Source of the DNA: a virus
Taxonomy: Duplodnaviria > Caudoviricetes
Direction: 5' to 3' (one strand)
DNA: 39,511 nucleotides
IMG/VR virus record: IMGVR_UViG_3300020045_003034
Location: 1 to 39,511 of that record
Position numbers and translations under genes: made by a program. Below, piece after piece: positions 18,972-27,695 of this stretch. A model generated the notes under the pieces. It searched no databases, had not been told where the DNA came from, and worked only from the letters and a program-made list of their open reading frames with translations. Numbering within the stretch: the stretch's first letter is position 1; each line of letters starts with the position of its first letter.

Positions 18972-19568
18972 TTATAATGAACAATTAACTTTTCCATTAT
19001 GACATGTACTCCAAGCATTCCAATTACCTTGTTCTTTTCTTAAGGTATAAGCAAAACGGATATTCTTTTGATAATCCATTCTGTCTTCACGACTAATACG
19101 TTTATTGTGTACATCATTTATCTGGAAAGCACCGATATCGAATGTACCGTTAGAGTTCTTATTTATTGCTCCGGCGTTGTATCCACTTTCATTTTTAGAT
19201 ATTTGCATAGCAATCATAATATCTTTATTTGAAAATCCCATCTCTTCTCCGATATCACGAATACAACTTTGTACATCAAAACAATAAGGTTCTTTTGCCT
19301 CTACTGTTTTAATCATAGATACTGGTTTCTCATCTTGTTTAGTTTCTTTGTTGTATATAGGACTTCTAAAGATTACTGGACTTTGGAATCCATGTTGTGA
19401 GTTCCAAGATTGTAACTGTTCAGTTAAGTATAAAGTTGTGCATCTAAACATAATCACTATAATCACTCCTAAAATTAAGAATGTTATTACTTTATTTCTA
19501 TTGATAGGTTCTTTGATTCTAGGTAACTTTTTAGTTTCCTTAGATTCGTTTAATTTTGGTATATCCAT
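18972..19568 (-). CDS. Membrane-anchored lytic transglycosylase (SLT-like)
   Basis: TM helix, then ESGYNAGAIN..DIGAFQIN..NIRFAY..GNWNAW. Confidence 0.9.
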   Translation of the reverse strand: MDIPKLNESKETKKLPRIKEPINRNKVITFLILGVIIVIMFRCTTLYLTEQLQSWNSQHGFQSPVIFRSPIYNKETKQDEKPVSMIKTVEAKEPYCFDVQSCIRDIGEEMGFSNKDIMIAMQISKNESGYNAGAINKNSNGTFDIGAFQINDVHNKRISREDRMDYQKNIRFAYTLRKEQGNWNAWSTCHNGKVNCSL

Positions 19569-19589
19569 ATTTTTATTAAATAATATTAT

Positions 19590-19813
19590 TAGTTACTAGA
19601 TACAGGGTATAGTGATTTGACGATAATTGAGTTGATAAAAATTTCTTTTTACCCAGCGCATAATTCTCAACTTAATGCCTAAAATCGTATAGTCACACTA
19701 TATACCACGGACAGGCGAATCAATGGTTGCTACGGATAGTCATTAACTAGTGGGCCTTGCTTTAACCGTACTACAAGTCGATACTTTCGACCTACTCTGT
19801 GTTCTAATAACTA
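19590..19813 (-). ncRNA. Putative structured RNA (~224 nt)
   Basis: Ends pair (TAGTTATTAGA.CACAG / CTGTATCTAGTAACTA) with several internal stems; no ORF in track. Confidence 0.5.
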
Positions 19814-19828
19814 ATTGTTAAATTTCTA

Positions 19829-19906
19829 CTAGGTACACAGAAGATAATGGGTGGCTTGACCAGTGTTGGCAGTGATCGCACTACCCACTCTGTTCTATGT
19901 ACCTAG
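19829..19906 (-). ncRNA. Putative structured RNA (78 nt)
   Basis: 14-bp closing stem CTAGGTACATAGAA / TTCTGTGTACCTAG, inner GGTAGTG-CGAT-CACTGCC. Confidence 0.5.
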
Positions 19907-20017
19907 GTTTTCATAAGTTCATTACGTGTTCCACCTGCTATTCTTTTTTTTTCTGAGTTCCTGAGGCTCAGGTTTCTGATTAGTGTTTATTAACGTTATC
20001 AGTATCGTTATGCTTTT

Positions 20018-20046
20018 ATAATACCACTACATGATTGTAGTGTCAA
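20018..20046 (-). promoter_or_regulatory. Sigma70 promoter with palindromic operator
   Basis: TTGACA-17-TATTAT; CACTACA ATCA TGTAGTG. Confidence 0.8.
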
Positions 20047-20255
20047 GCATTTAGTTTTAATTTACTTTGTATAATCTTATTAGGAGACTTTGAACTATCA
20101 AACGTTAGACCACCGGCATATTGATACCTTAATACTGTAAGACTACATATACCTAGTATCTTAGCTATCTGCTCTCGATTTAATCCTTGCTTATGTAACT
20201 TCACGCATTCATTTATAAGTTTTTGTTTATTTGGTGTTTTAATACTATATTCCAT
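20043..20255 (-). CDS. Small HTH DNA-binding protein
   Basis: Likely start MEYSIK at 20255; LHKQGLNREQIAKILGICSLTVLRY. Confidence 0.8.
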   Translation of the reverse strand: MEYSIKTPNKQKLINECVKLHKQGLNREQIAKILGICSLTVLRYQYAGGLTFDSSKSPNKIIQSKLKLNA

Positions 20256-20260
20256 GCCGT

Positions 20261-20289
20261 AGTATATCACAACATCTAAGTAGTGTATA
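20261..20289 (-). promoter_or_regulatory. Leaderless promoter of the HTH gene with degenerate operator
   Basis: TATACA-17-TATACT-5-ATG; CACTACT TAGA TGTTGTG. Confidence 0.65.
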
Positions 20290-20292
20290 TAT

Positions 20293-20331
20293 AAAAATAC
20301 CTCTCTTGACAAGCAGGGTCTCGAGAGGTAT
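20293..20331 (-). terminator. Intrinsic terminator overlapping the rightward promoter
   Basis: ATACCTCTC..GAGAGGTA followed by TTTTT on the minus strand. Confidence 0.65.
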
Positions 20332-20334
20332 AGT
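20306..20334 (+). promoter_or_regulatory. Sigma70 promoter (rightward)
   Basis: TTGACA-17-TATAGT. Confidence 0.75.
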
Positions 20335-20356
20335 TGATTTATTGTGAATCAACTCT

Positions 20357-20385
20357 ATTATACCCCCACGTTACCACATTGTAAA
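20357..20385 (-). promoter_or_regulatory. Sigma70 promoter (leftward, facing the rightward one)
   Basis: TTTACA-17-TATAAT. Confidence 0.7.
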
Positions 20386-20774
20386 GTACTTGCACAACAG
20401 TATTATTGTGTATTTAAGCCTAATTCCCAATTTTTTCCAATCTCATTTTTGAAATCTATTATTATTATAGATCTAGTGACCAGCAAGAATGCCGAACACA
20501 CTATGGAAACGGAACTCCATTTTAAACCGATGTTTGGATCAGGAACTCATAACTCATCTATACTGATGGATATGATAAGGGTGGGGTTAAAAGCAGGCAA
20601 CCTTTCCGACTCGTAGATAACGACAATAAGGCACTACGAGATAGCGTTTGCGATTCTATGTCTTTAGAGAAAAGATAAACATAGAAACCCAGCTAAAGAA
20701 TCTATAATCTATCTACCTGATGTATTTATATATAGTTAGTATAGGTTAGTTATATTAAAAGTTAGAAAACAAAA

Positions 20775-21230
20775 ATGAAACTATACGATCGAATATTGAC
20801 CTTATTAGAAAACAACGTCATTTTTAGAAATTCAGATAATGAACTTAAATGGCAAATATGGATGGAGACCGGAACTGTTATCAATGGTTGTATTACTAAA
20901 GAAAGTTTTTTAAATGCAATTGACAGTGAAACTATTAGACGTACTAGACAAAAAGTACAAGAACAACATCCAAATTTAAAACCGTCGCAAGAAATTCAAG
21001 AGTTACGAAACAAACTAGAAGAAACCGGGGGTAATTTTGTCTATCAGGAAAAAATAGAAGTACCAATTGAAAACATAGAAGAACACATGAATCTACTTGT
21101 AGAAAGATGGCGTGGTAAAGTACCAGAAGTCGGCCAAGATGGGTACTTTCAATATAGAGCAGATAAAGGCAAATATAAAAGTTTGGAAAATGAATTAACA
21201 TCGAGAAGAGCCATGGAAATTTTAAAGTAG
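20775..21230 (+). CDS. Hypothetical phage protein
   Basis: 151 aa; RNSD..L and ETIRRTRQKVQE motifs; function not recognised. Confidence 0.8.
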   Translation: MKLYDRILTLLENNVIFRNSDNELKWQIWMETGTVINGCITKESFLNAIDSETIRRTRQKVQEQHPNLKPSQEIQELRNKLEETGGNFVYQEKIEVPIENIEEHMNLLVERWRGKVPEVGQDGYFQYRADKGKYKSLENELTSRRAMEILK

Positions 21231-21239
21231 TTTATCTTA

Positions 21240-21268
21240 TTGACACTACACAAATGTAGTGTTATACT
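21240..21268 (+). promoter_or_regulatory. Sigma70 leaderless promoter with perfect palindromic operator
   Basis: TTGACA-17-TATACT-5-ATG; ACACTACA CAAA TGTAGTGT. Confidence 0.85.
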
Positions 21269-21273
21269 AAATT

Positions 21274-21396
21274 ATGAAACAAGAAACAAAAGAACAATAT
21301 GAAGCAAAAATGCTTGAACTATCTAATCAAGAAGATGATCGAATTAGAATGTGTATGGAAGAAGAAGCAGAAAAGGAGCAAAATGAAACTAACTAA
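21274..21396 (+). CDS. 40-aa acidic protein, leaderless
   Basis: MKQETKEQYEAKMLELSNQEDDRIRMCMEEEAEKEQNETN; ATG at predicted +1. Confidence 0.6.
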   Translation: MKQETKEQYEAKMLELSNQEDDRIRMCMEEEAEKEQNETN

Positions 21397-21535
21397 ACAA
21401 AAACTAGGTTTACTCTACATGTGTGTAAATGAAACCATAAACTCTTACACACAAGAGATGATCGTAAAAGACGGTGTTAAATACGCTCAATTAAATATTT
21501 TACTTAGTGAAATAGTAAAGGAGATTGAAAAATGA
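21383..21535 (+). CDS. Hypothetical 50-aa protein
   Basis: AAGGAG before ATG 21383 (MKLTKQK). Confidence 0.65.
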   Translation: MKLTKQKLGLLYMCVNETINSYTQEMIVKDGVKYAQLNILLSEIVKEIEK

Positions 21536-21696
21536 CAAAACGTCAAGAATTATCTATATTATTTGCAAGAATAATAGCACCAGAAAAATATAAGATTCAA
21601 CAAAAGTTCTGTAAGCGTTTTAAACTATGGACTTTCTCAGACGCTACAGATGAACAATTACAAGAAGTTATAAATTATATTAAAAATTTAAAATAA
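21532..21696 (+). CDS. Hypothetical 54-aa protein
   Basis: ATGA overlap, AAGGAG upstream, MTKRQELSILFARII.. Confidence 0.65.
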   Translation: MTKRQELSILFARIIAPEKYKIQQKFCKRFKLWTFSDATDEQLQEVINYIKNLK

Positions 21697-21700
21697 AAAT

Positions 21701-22471
21701 ATGGAAACACAATTAGAAGTAATAGTAAAAAGCAGTGGTTTAGAAGTTGAAGAAAGTAAAAACATTATCTCAATGTTTGGAAACTATGAGTCAATGGCCA
21801 AGGATTGGGAATTAAAAGCTAAAGAGATAGTTGTAACTGATGCTAGTCAAACAACTGAAATGGCGATGGCTAAAGTTGCTCGTAAGAAATTTTCTGATTT
21901 AAGAATTGATGTAGAAAAAGCTCGTAAAAATATGAAAGAGCAAAGTCTGCGAAAAGGGCAAGCAATTGATGCAGTCGCTAGATTTTTAGTTTCTCTAATT
22001 TCTCCTATTGAAGAACATCTTAGACTTCAAGAAGATTTTATTAAAATTCAAGATGCTAAAAAAGCCGAAGAATTAAGACTTATTGAAGAAAAAAGACTTG
22101 AAGATGAAAGAATCGAAAAAGAAAAAACCGAAGCACAAGAAAGAGAAAGAATTAGGATTGAAAATGAAAAAATGAGAAAAGAACTTGAAGAAAAAGAAAA
22201 AGCTAGATTAGAGTTAGAGGAAAAAACTAGGAAAGAAAAAGAGGAAGCAGACAAAAAGTTAGCAGAAGAACGTGCTGCTGCCCAAAAAATATTAGATGAC
22301 CAAAAGGCAGAGGCAGAAAAAGCCAGAGTAGAGGCACAAAGAATTTTAGATGATGAAAAGAAAAAAGCTGATGATGCTAGATTATTAGCTGAAAAAGAAA
22401 AGAAAGAATTAGAAGATAAAATAGCAAGTATGATCGAATGTCCTAATTGTCATCACAAATTTAATATTTAA
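21701..22471 (+). CDS. Coiled-coil protein with C-terminal CxxC
   Basis: RIDVEKARKNMKE..GQAID..A; E/K-rich; precedes the recombinase. Confidence 0.8.
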   Translation: METQLEVIVKSSGLEVEESKNIISMFGNYESMAKDWELKAKEIVVTDASQTTEMAMAKVARKKFSDLRIDVEKARKNMKEQSLRKGQAIDAVARFLVSLISPIEEHLRLQEDFIKIQDAKKAEELRLIEEKRLEDERIEKEKTEAQERERIRIENEKMRKELEEKEKARLELEEKTRKEKEEADKKLAEERAAAQKILDDQKAEAEKARVEAQRILDDEKKKADDARLLAEKEKKELEDKIASMIECPNCHHKFNI

Positions 22472-22475
22472 AAAC

Positions 22476-23003
22476 ATGGAAACTAAAACAATATATGAGG
22501 CTTTGTTAGAAGCACAAAAACAAATAGAAACTATTACTAAAGACGCTACAGCAAATGCCGGATCTTTTAAATACAACTACGCTACTCTTAGTCAAGTAAT
22601 GGATATGATTAAACAACCATTAAACAACAATGGAATAATCATCTCTCAGCCTATTTATAACAATTTAGTTTTTACAGTTTTAACTTTTAAAGACGGTAAT
22701 AAAATTGAAGATGGCGGCACTCCAATTATCTGCGCAAAAACAAATGACCCACAAGCACAAGGTTCAGCTATCTCATATGCTAGGCGTTATGGACTTATGT
22801 CATTACTTTGCTTATCAGCAGAAGATGATGACGGAGAGAAAGCAACAGACCATAAATCACCATCACCAGCGCCCGTGAAACAAACAAACTCCGATGAAGT
22901 GGTAAGAGTACCTATAAATCAAGAAAACAACAAATGTAGCGTATGTGGTATTGAGATTAAAAAACCATATACGACTTGTTATAAACATATTGGACAAAAA
23001 TGA
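22476..23003 (+). CDS. erf: ERF family single-strand annealing protein
   Basis: YNYATL, PQAQGSAISYARRYGLMSLLCL..EDDDG. Confidence 0.93.
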   Translation: METKTIYEALLEAQKQIETITKDATANAGSFKYNYATLSQVMDMIKQPLNNNGIIISQPIYNNLVFTVLTFKDGNKIEDGGTPIICAKTNDPQAQGSAISYARRYGLMSLLCLSAEDDDGEKATDHKSPSPAPVKQTNSDEVVRVPINQENNKCSVCGIEIKKPYTTCYKHIGQK

Positions 23004-23359
23004 AACCAATAAATGTACAAATAACAATTGATTCTATTAGAGCAAGACAAGACAGAAGTTTAGGTATGTCTATCTCAACACCGGAATTAAATAATTTGGA
23101 AAAAGTACTTTTTATGGAACTTCAAGGTATCCAATGTAACTGCACTATTAGGCCACTAGACAATGATTCAGCACCAGAAGAGATTAAAACAGAGATGAAT
23201 AGTAAGACACCAAGTCAACGTCTCCGTAATACATTATTTTGTTATTGGAAGCAATTAAGTGACAATGGTAAGGTTACAGAACCATTTGAATTATGGTATC
23301 CAGCAAGAATGGAGAATATTATTTTACAGTATAAACAAAAGCTAGATGATACAAAATGA
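23000..23359 (+). CDS. Hypothetical phage protein
   Basis: 119 aa; KTPSQRLRNTL motif; ATGA coupling. Confidence 0.8.
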   Translation: MKPINVQITIDSIRARQDRSLGMSISTPELNNLEKVLFMELQGIQCNCTIRPLDNDSAPEEIKTEMNSKTPSQRLRNTLFCYWKQLSDNGKVTEPFELWYPARMENIILQYKQKLDDTK

Positions 23360-23426
23360 TCTATATCATCATACTTGTAATATTCAATACATGTTATACA
23401 ATAAATTATTAAATATTAAACAAGAA

Positions 23427-23585
23427 ATGATATATAAAATATTCTTATCAGTGCTAATTATACTAGGCGGTTTACTTAATATTTTTGATATAGACAAAGA
23501 AAGGAAACCACTAACTTCATTGTTTGTATGTTTATCTATAATTTTTCAAATTTTAATAGTTTTGGGTTTATGGTTTTTTACTTAA
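23427..23585 (+). CDS. Small 2-TM membrane protein
   Basis: MIYKIFLSV..IDKERKP..IVLGLWFFT. Confidence 0.65.
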   Translation: MIYKIFLSVLIILGGLLNIFDIDKERKPLTSLFVCLSIIFQILIVLGLWFFT

Positions 23586-23590
23586 ACAAA

Positions 23591-23821
23591 ATGGAAATTA
23601 CAGACTATAAACAAATACTTAGAAAACACGGTATCTCTCACCGTATAGTATCTCTATACATTGGACATACTAGAGAGAGTACAACACTATGGCTTAATGG
23701 AACTCTAAAATTACCTAAATTAAATGAAAAACACATCATTAGAGAATTAGAAAACCTTATAGAAACTAGACAAGGTTTTGAAAGTAAGAAACTATTTAAT
23801 AAGTTTATAGAGGAATTATGA
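23591..23821 (+). CDS. XRE/Cro-like HTH protein
   Basis: LRKHGISHRIVSLYIGHTRESTTLWLNG; likely start 23591. Confidence 0.7.
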   Translation: MEITDYKQILRKHGISHRIVSLYIGHTRESTTLWLNGTLKLPKLNEKHIIRELENLIETRQGFESKKLFNKFIEEL

Positions 23822-24138
23822 CAAATAAACAACAAATAATAGACAAATATGTCCATTTTTATTCTGGTGTATATCTAGGTAAAAATGTAATTTCTACAGT
23901 TTTAAAAGAATTTTTAAAAGAAATAGAATCTATTAAAGAAGATAAACCAAAAGGCGGGTGGACAGATGATACTACTGTAGTATCCCCTACCAAAACCACT
24001 AAACACCTAGATACATTAGTAGTGCCAGAGAAGATAGAATTACCTTATGGATATTCTGTTGATTCTTTTGTTTATAAAGTTTGGCAAAAACAATGTGAAA
24101 TTATTGATTACCTTATTAGTTTAAAAAAGGAAAAGTAA
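23818..24138 (+). CDS. Hypothetical protein
   Basis: 106 aa, GAGG SD, coupled. Confidence 0.75.
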   Translation: MTNKQQIIDKYVHFYSGVYLGKNVISTVLKEFLKEIESIKEDKPKGGWTDDTTVVSPTKTTKHLDTLVVPEKIELPYGYSVDSFVYKVWQKQCEIIDYLISLKKEK

Positions 24139-24614
24139 TGAAAAAACTAACAATCAATAAAGTAATAACTGATGAACATCAAAAACTAATTAGTAAGCAT
24201 AACTGCGAGGAACATAAATGTCCACCGCAAAAAAATGATTGGGTTGAAAGGTTTGATACATTAAAAATAAAAACAGATAATCCTGTTTGTTATGGAATGG
24301 AAATACCAATAAAAGAATTTGTATCTAGTGATATTTTAAGTGTTATTAAAGACTTTATTAAAGACCTCCTCTCCCAATCCAACCAAGAGATATTAGATAG
24401 AGTAAATGAAGCCAATGATATAATCCTTGATTGTTGGGAACAATTTGGATATGAAACTAAAAATGGTTATTACTCTGGCGGTTTATCAACTTTAGAAAGT
24501 GTTGAGTGGTATCTTAAAAATAACGGATTTATAAATAAAAATGGTAAACCTTTAACACTAGAACAACGACAAAAACTAGAACAACTTAAATTAAAAGTTA
24601 ATAATAAGGAATAG
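24138..24614 (+). CDS. Hypothetical protein
   Basis: 158 aa, TAATG coupling. Confidence 0.75.
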   Translation: MKKLTINKVITDEHQKLISKHNCEEHKCPPQKNDWVERFDTLKIKTDNPVCYGMEIPIKEFVSSDILSVIKDFIKDLLSQSNQEILDRVNEANDIILDCWEQFGYETKNGYYSGGLSTLESVEWYLKNNGFINKNGKPLTLEQRQKLEQLKLKVNNKE

Positions 24615-24617
24615 ATT

Positions 24618-25217
24618 ATGAAAATACTTAACCTTTATGCTGGTATAGGTGGTAATAGAAAACTATGGGGAGATGAACACGAGATTACAGCAGTTGAATA
24701 TGATGAAAATATAGCAAGAGTTTATAAAGATTTATTCCCAAATGATGAAGTAATTGTTTGTGATGCACATCAATATCTTTTAGATCACTATAAAGAATTT
24801 GATTTTATATGGAGTAGCCCACCTTGTCCAACTCATTCAGATATTAGAAGATGTGGAGTTCATGCAGGACAATATCCAGCATTATATCCCGATATGACTT
24901 TATACCAGGAAATAATTTTATTAAATAATTTTGGTAGAGCTAAATTTGTAGTAGAAAATGTCAAGCCTTATTACAAACCACTAATAGAGCCAACACAAAC
25001 ATTACACAGACATTTATTTTGGAGTAATTTTGAAATACCTAAACAAGATTTTATAGATACTAGAAAACATCAAGATATAACAGGAAAATCTATTATATAT
25101 GGTTTTGATCTTAATAATTATGATATTAAAGAAAAGAGAAAGATATTAAGGAATATGGTAAATCCTGACGTAGCAAAATATGTATTAGACCAATTACAGT
25201 TTAATCAATCCAAATAA
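24618..25217 (+). CDS. DNA cytosine-C5 methyltransferase (short phage type)
   Basis: LYAGIGG, SPPC, ENV, RH motifs. Confidence 0.92.
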   Translation: MKILNLYAGIGGNRKLWGDEHEITAVEYDENIARVYKDLFPNDEVIVCDAHQYLLDHYKEFDFIWSSPPCPTHSDIRRCGVHAGQYPALYPDMTLYQEIILLNNFGRAKFVVENVKPYYKPLIEPTQTLHRHLFWSNFEIPKQDFIDTRKHQDITGKSIIYGFDLNNYDIKEKRKILRNMVNPDVAKYVLDQLQFNQSK

Positions 25218-25221
25218 ACCT

Positions 25222-25377
25222 GTGAAAACAAAAACACAACATTTTTTATACTGGTTAACTAGATATTTAAGAGCAGTATTTTTTAGTAAAGTTGGATTGC
25301 CAAGTGGTAATAGATATGATTGGATGACTTGGAAACAATATAAACGAATGACTAATAATTTAACAAAAAATCTATGA
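25222..25377 (+). CDS. Hypothetical 51-aa protein
   Basis: GTG start, fills the gap, ends in ATGA overlap. Confidence 0.5.
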   Translation: MKTKTQHFLYWLTRYLRAVFFSKVGLPSGNRYDWMTWKQYKRMTNNLTKNL

Positions 25378-25970
25378 AACAAATAAATATAATTAACTCA
25401 AATATAAAAATACAAAAATCAGCATATAAACTGGCTGATATTAGAAGTAAAGCATTTATTATTGGAGAAATAAAAGACGGAAAAACAACAGAAGAATGGA
25501 AAGAATACCGTAAAGTTAAAAGTGAATTAAATAATATTATTGATAAAGAATTAAAAAACTTCTACTCTCAAACACGCAAAGAGTGTTATGACGAGATGAG
25601 AGAAATGATAAAATCTAATAAAAAAGAAATATTATATGGAGAAGATAGAAAGGGGTTAGAAGATTCAACTTATAAATATCCAGTTTTTGCTGTAATTACT
25701 TGGAAAGCAGACGACGGAGTGGAACAAACAGACGTTACAACCGTTATGGAAAACTATGAATTAACAAGAGAAATAACTAGATTTATTAGTTGTACTTTAA
25801 AAGGTAGAGATGCCACTTCACAAATTTATGATGCTAGAATATTTAAATGGTCTGATATAAAAGAAGAATATGGAGAGAAAAAAGGTTATCCTACAAATTT
25901 AGAAGATGTTGGATTTAATGTATGTTTAGATGAAATATTAAAACAACTAGATGAGAAGGAGGGTAAGTAA
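25374..25970 (+). CDS. Hypothetical protein
   Basis: 198 aa ORF. Confidence 0.75.
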   Translation: MKQINIINSNIKIQKSAYKLADIRSKAFIIGEIKDGKTTEEWKEYRKVKSELNNIIDKELKNFYSQTRKECYDEMREMIKSNKKEILYGEDRKGLEDSTYKYPVFAVITWKADDGVEQTDVTTVMENYELTREITRFISCTLKGRDATSQIYDARIFKWSDIKEEYGEKKGYPTNLEDVGFNVCLDEILKQLDEKEGK

Positions 25971-25971
25971 T

Positions 25972-26205
25972 ATGAAAGTAAAAACTAAAAGAAAAATATT
26001 AGACTATTTGATTAGTACATTTGTTTGGTTAATAGTAATAATACTGTTATATATAATTTTAAAGACTATTCTTGAAGCAGTAGTAGTAGACATAAAATAT
26101 AAAAATTCAGAAAGAGAACTAATTATTTCATGTAAAAAATATTATGGTTCATTTAAAATAAGTGATGTTAATGCTACTTGTTATCATGTTTTTTTAAAAC
26201 AATGA
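25972..26205 (+). CDS. Membrane hypothetical protein
   Basis: Start MKVKT after AGGAGG; one TM helix. Confidence 0.7.
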   Translation: MKVKTKRKILDYLISTFVWLIVIILLYIILKTILEAVVVDIKYKNSERELIISCKKYYGSFKISDVNATCYHVFLKQ

Positions 26206-26477
26206 GCAACTATTACTGTAATATAAAAATAAAATTCAATAATAAGGTTATACCTGTAACAGCATACGACAGAGGTATAAAAGGATATGTTTATCGTACT
26301 TGGAATGGTATTGAATACTATCCTTATGAAGTTGAAGAATTAGAACATATTGATCCGTTTACACCTCGTAAACCATACGAACTACCAAAATACCCTCTTA
26401 TTAAAAAGACCTTATTAAGTAAGATCATTGGTGAGGTTAAATATTTCTTTATACATATATTTGATAATGAAATCTAA
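26202..26477 (+). CDS. Hypothetical protein
   Basis: Start MSNY with ATGA overlap. Confidence 0.7.
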   Translation: MSNYYCNIKIKFNNKVIPVTAYDRGIKGYVYRTWNGIEYYPYEVEELEHIDPFTPRKPYELPKYPLIKKTLLSKIIGEVKYFFIHIFDNEI

Positions 26478-26724
26478 ACGCTGTACTTGTACTTATGATA
26501 CTCTAGTAAGACGTGGGTTTAAGCCATTAGATCATAATGAATTGTGTCCATTAAATAGGTATAGACTAGAGCAAACCATCAAAGTTAGACATTATGACTT
26601 ATCAGAGATCAATCAAGGCGAATGTCCTTATAAAGAGACATGGTTAGATGAAGCTAATAAAATAAGGTATGAACAACTCAATAAACAAAGACTTGAAAAC
26701 ATTAAAAAAGCCAATAAAAAATGA
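26467..26724 (+). CDS. Hypothetical protein
   Basis: Start MKSK; CTC..H...CP motif. Confidence 0.65.
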   Translation: MKSKRCTCTYDTLVRRGFKPLDHNELCPLNRYRLEQTIKVRHYDLSEINQGECPYKETWLDEANKIRYEQLNKQRLENIKKANKK

Positions 26725-27128
26725 TACCAGTAAAACAAAACATATTTAACAAAGACATTGGAGATTGTTTTCGTGCGTGTATGGCTTCAATTCTAGAGAT
26801 ACCAAATAGTAATAATATCCCTAACATTGACCAAAAAAAATGGCTTAATAATTGGATGAATTGGTTAGAGGTAAGAGGTATGAGGCTTGGAATGGATCAT
26901 GAAGCTATTTGGAAAGATGGATATTGGATTGCAACAGTTCCAAGTCTTAATCTAAGAGATACAACTCATGCGATAGTTATGTTTGGAGGAAAAGTAGCAT
27001 TTGATCCTAGTACACACAAAAAATACCGTAAAGGGACTAATTTATTTTGTAAAAATATTGTAAGTTTTGGTCATTGGATTGAAATATCAGATATGACTAA
27101 ACTTAAAAATTATTTAGAAAGCCAATGA
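26721..27128 (+). CDS. Hypothetical protein, possible papain-like Cys/His/Asp fold
   Basis: Q..GDCFRACMASILE, THAIV, FDPS. Confidence 0.7.
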   Translation: MIPVKQNIFNKDIGDCFRACMASILEIPNSNNIPNIDQKKWLNNWMNWLEVRGMRLGMDHEAIWKDGYWIATVPSLNLRDTTHAIVMFGGKVAFDPSTHKKYRKGTNLFCKNIVSFGHWIEISDMTKLKNYLESQ

Positions 27129-27490
27129 GAAAAGAAAAAACAATAATAATAATTGATGGTCTTAGAGCAAGTTCAAAAAAAAATAATAGACGTAATTTTG
27201 GTAGAGTTTCTTTACCAAGTCTAGCTTATGTAAAATTTCATAATTTAGTTGCCGAGTTTATGTTACCGTATAGTCATTTAAACATCACTACACCGATTAG
27301 AATAAACGTTGACTATCAAATTAAGGGAAACTACCACCAAGACCTAGATAATGCGTTGTCGAGCATATTTGACTGTCTAACTGACTATCATGTGATTGAA
27401 GATGATGATCTTATTGTAGAAGTAAATGCTAAAAAAAGTAATGGACATAAAGATTGGAAAATAGTCTTAGAAATAGAAGAAGCGGTATAA
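27125..27490 (+). CDS. rusA: RusA-like Holliday junction resolvase
   Basis: SKKN, DLDN...IFDCL, IEDDDLIV. Confidence 0.9.
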   Translation: MRKEKTIIIIDGLRASSKKNNRRNFGRVSLPSLAYVKFHNLVAEFMLPYSHLNITTPIRINVDYQIKGNYHQDLDNALSSIFDCLTDYHVIEDDDLIVEVNAKKSNGHKDWKIVLEIEEAV

Positions 27491-27624
27491 TAAGTTAATT
27501 TTAACATTGTTAAGATGTCGGCATTTCAATGGTTGTTTGCCCTGAAACTAACAGCTTATTTGGTATAATAACTTATCACCATAATAGGACTACTGAAGAT
27601 GAAATATCTAGGGAATGCCTATTT

Positions 27625-27695
27625 GCCTATTTAGTTCAACGGTAGAACGATAGTTTTGTAAACTTTAAACATCTGTCCAACTCAGGTAATAGGCT
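27625..27695 (+). tRNA. tRNA-Thr(TGT), somewhat degenerate
   Basis: Acceptor GCCTATT/AATAGGC, D arm GTTC/GAAC, anticodon loop TTTGTAA, T arm ATCTG-TCCAACT-CAGGT; no CCA. Confidence 0.8.

Noticed and set aside
20344-20616. 90-aa GTG-start ORF
   Set aside because: Atypical composition, overlaps a promoter and many inverted repeats. Not listed as a CDS, though a leaderless start near the rightward +1 cannot be excluded.
27590-27612. CTGAAGA..GAAA as a hammerhead ribozyme core
   Set aside because: Only one base separates the two motifs, leaving no stem II, and I could not form stems I and III.
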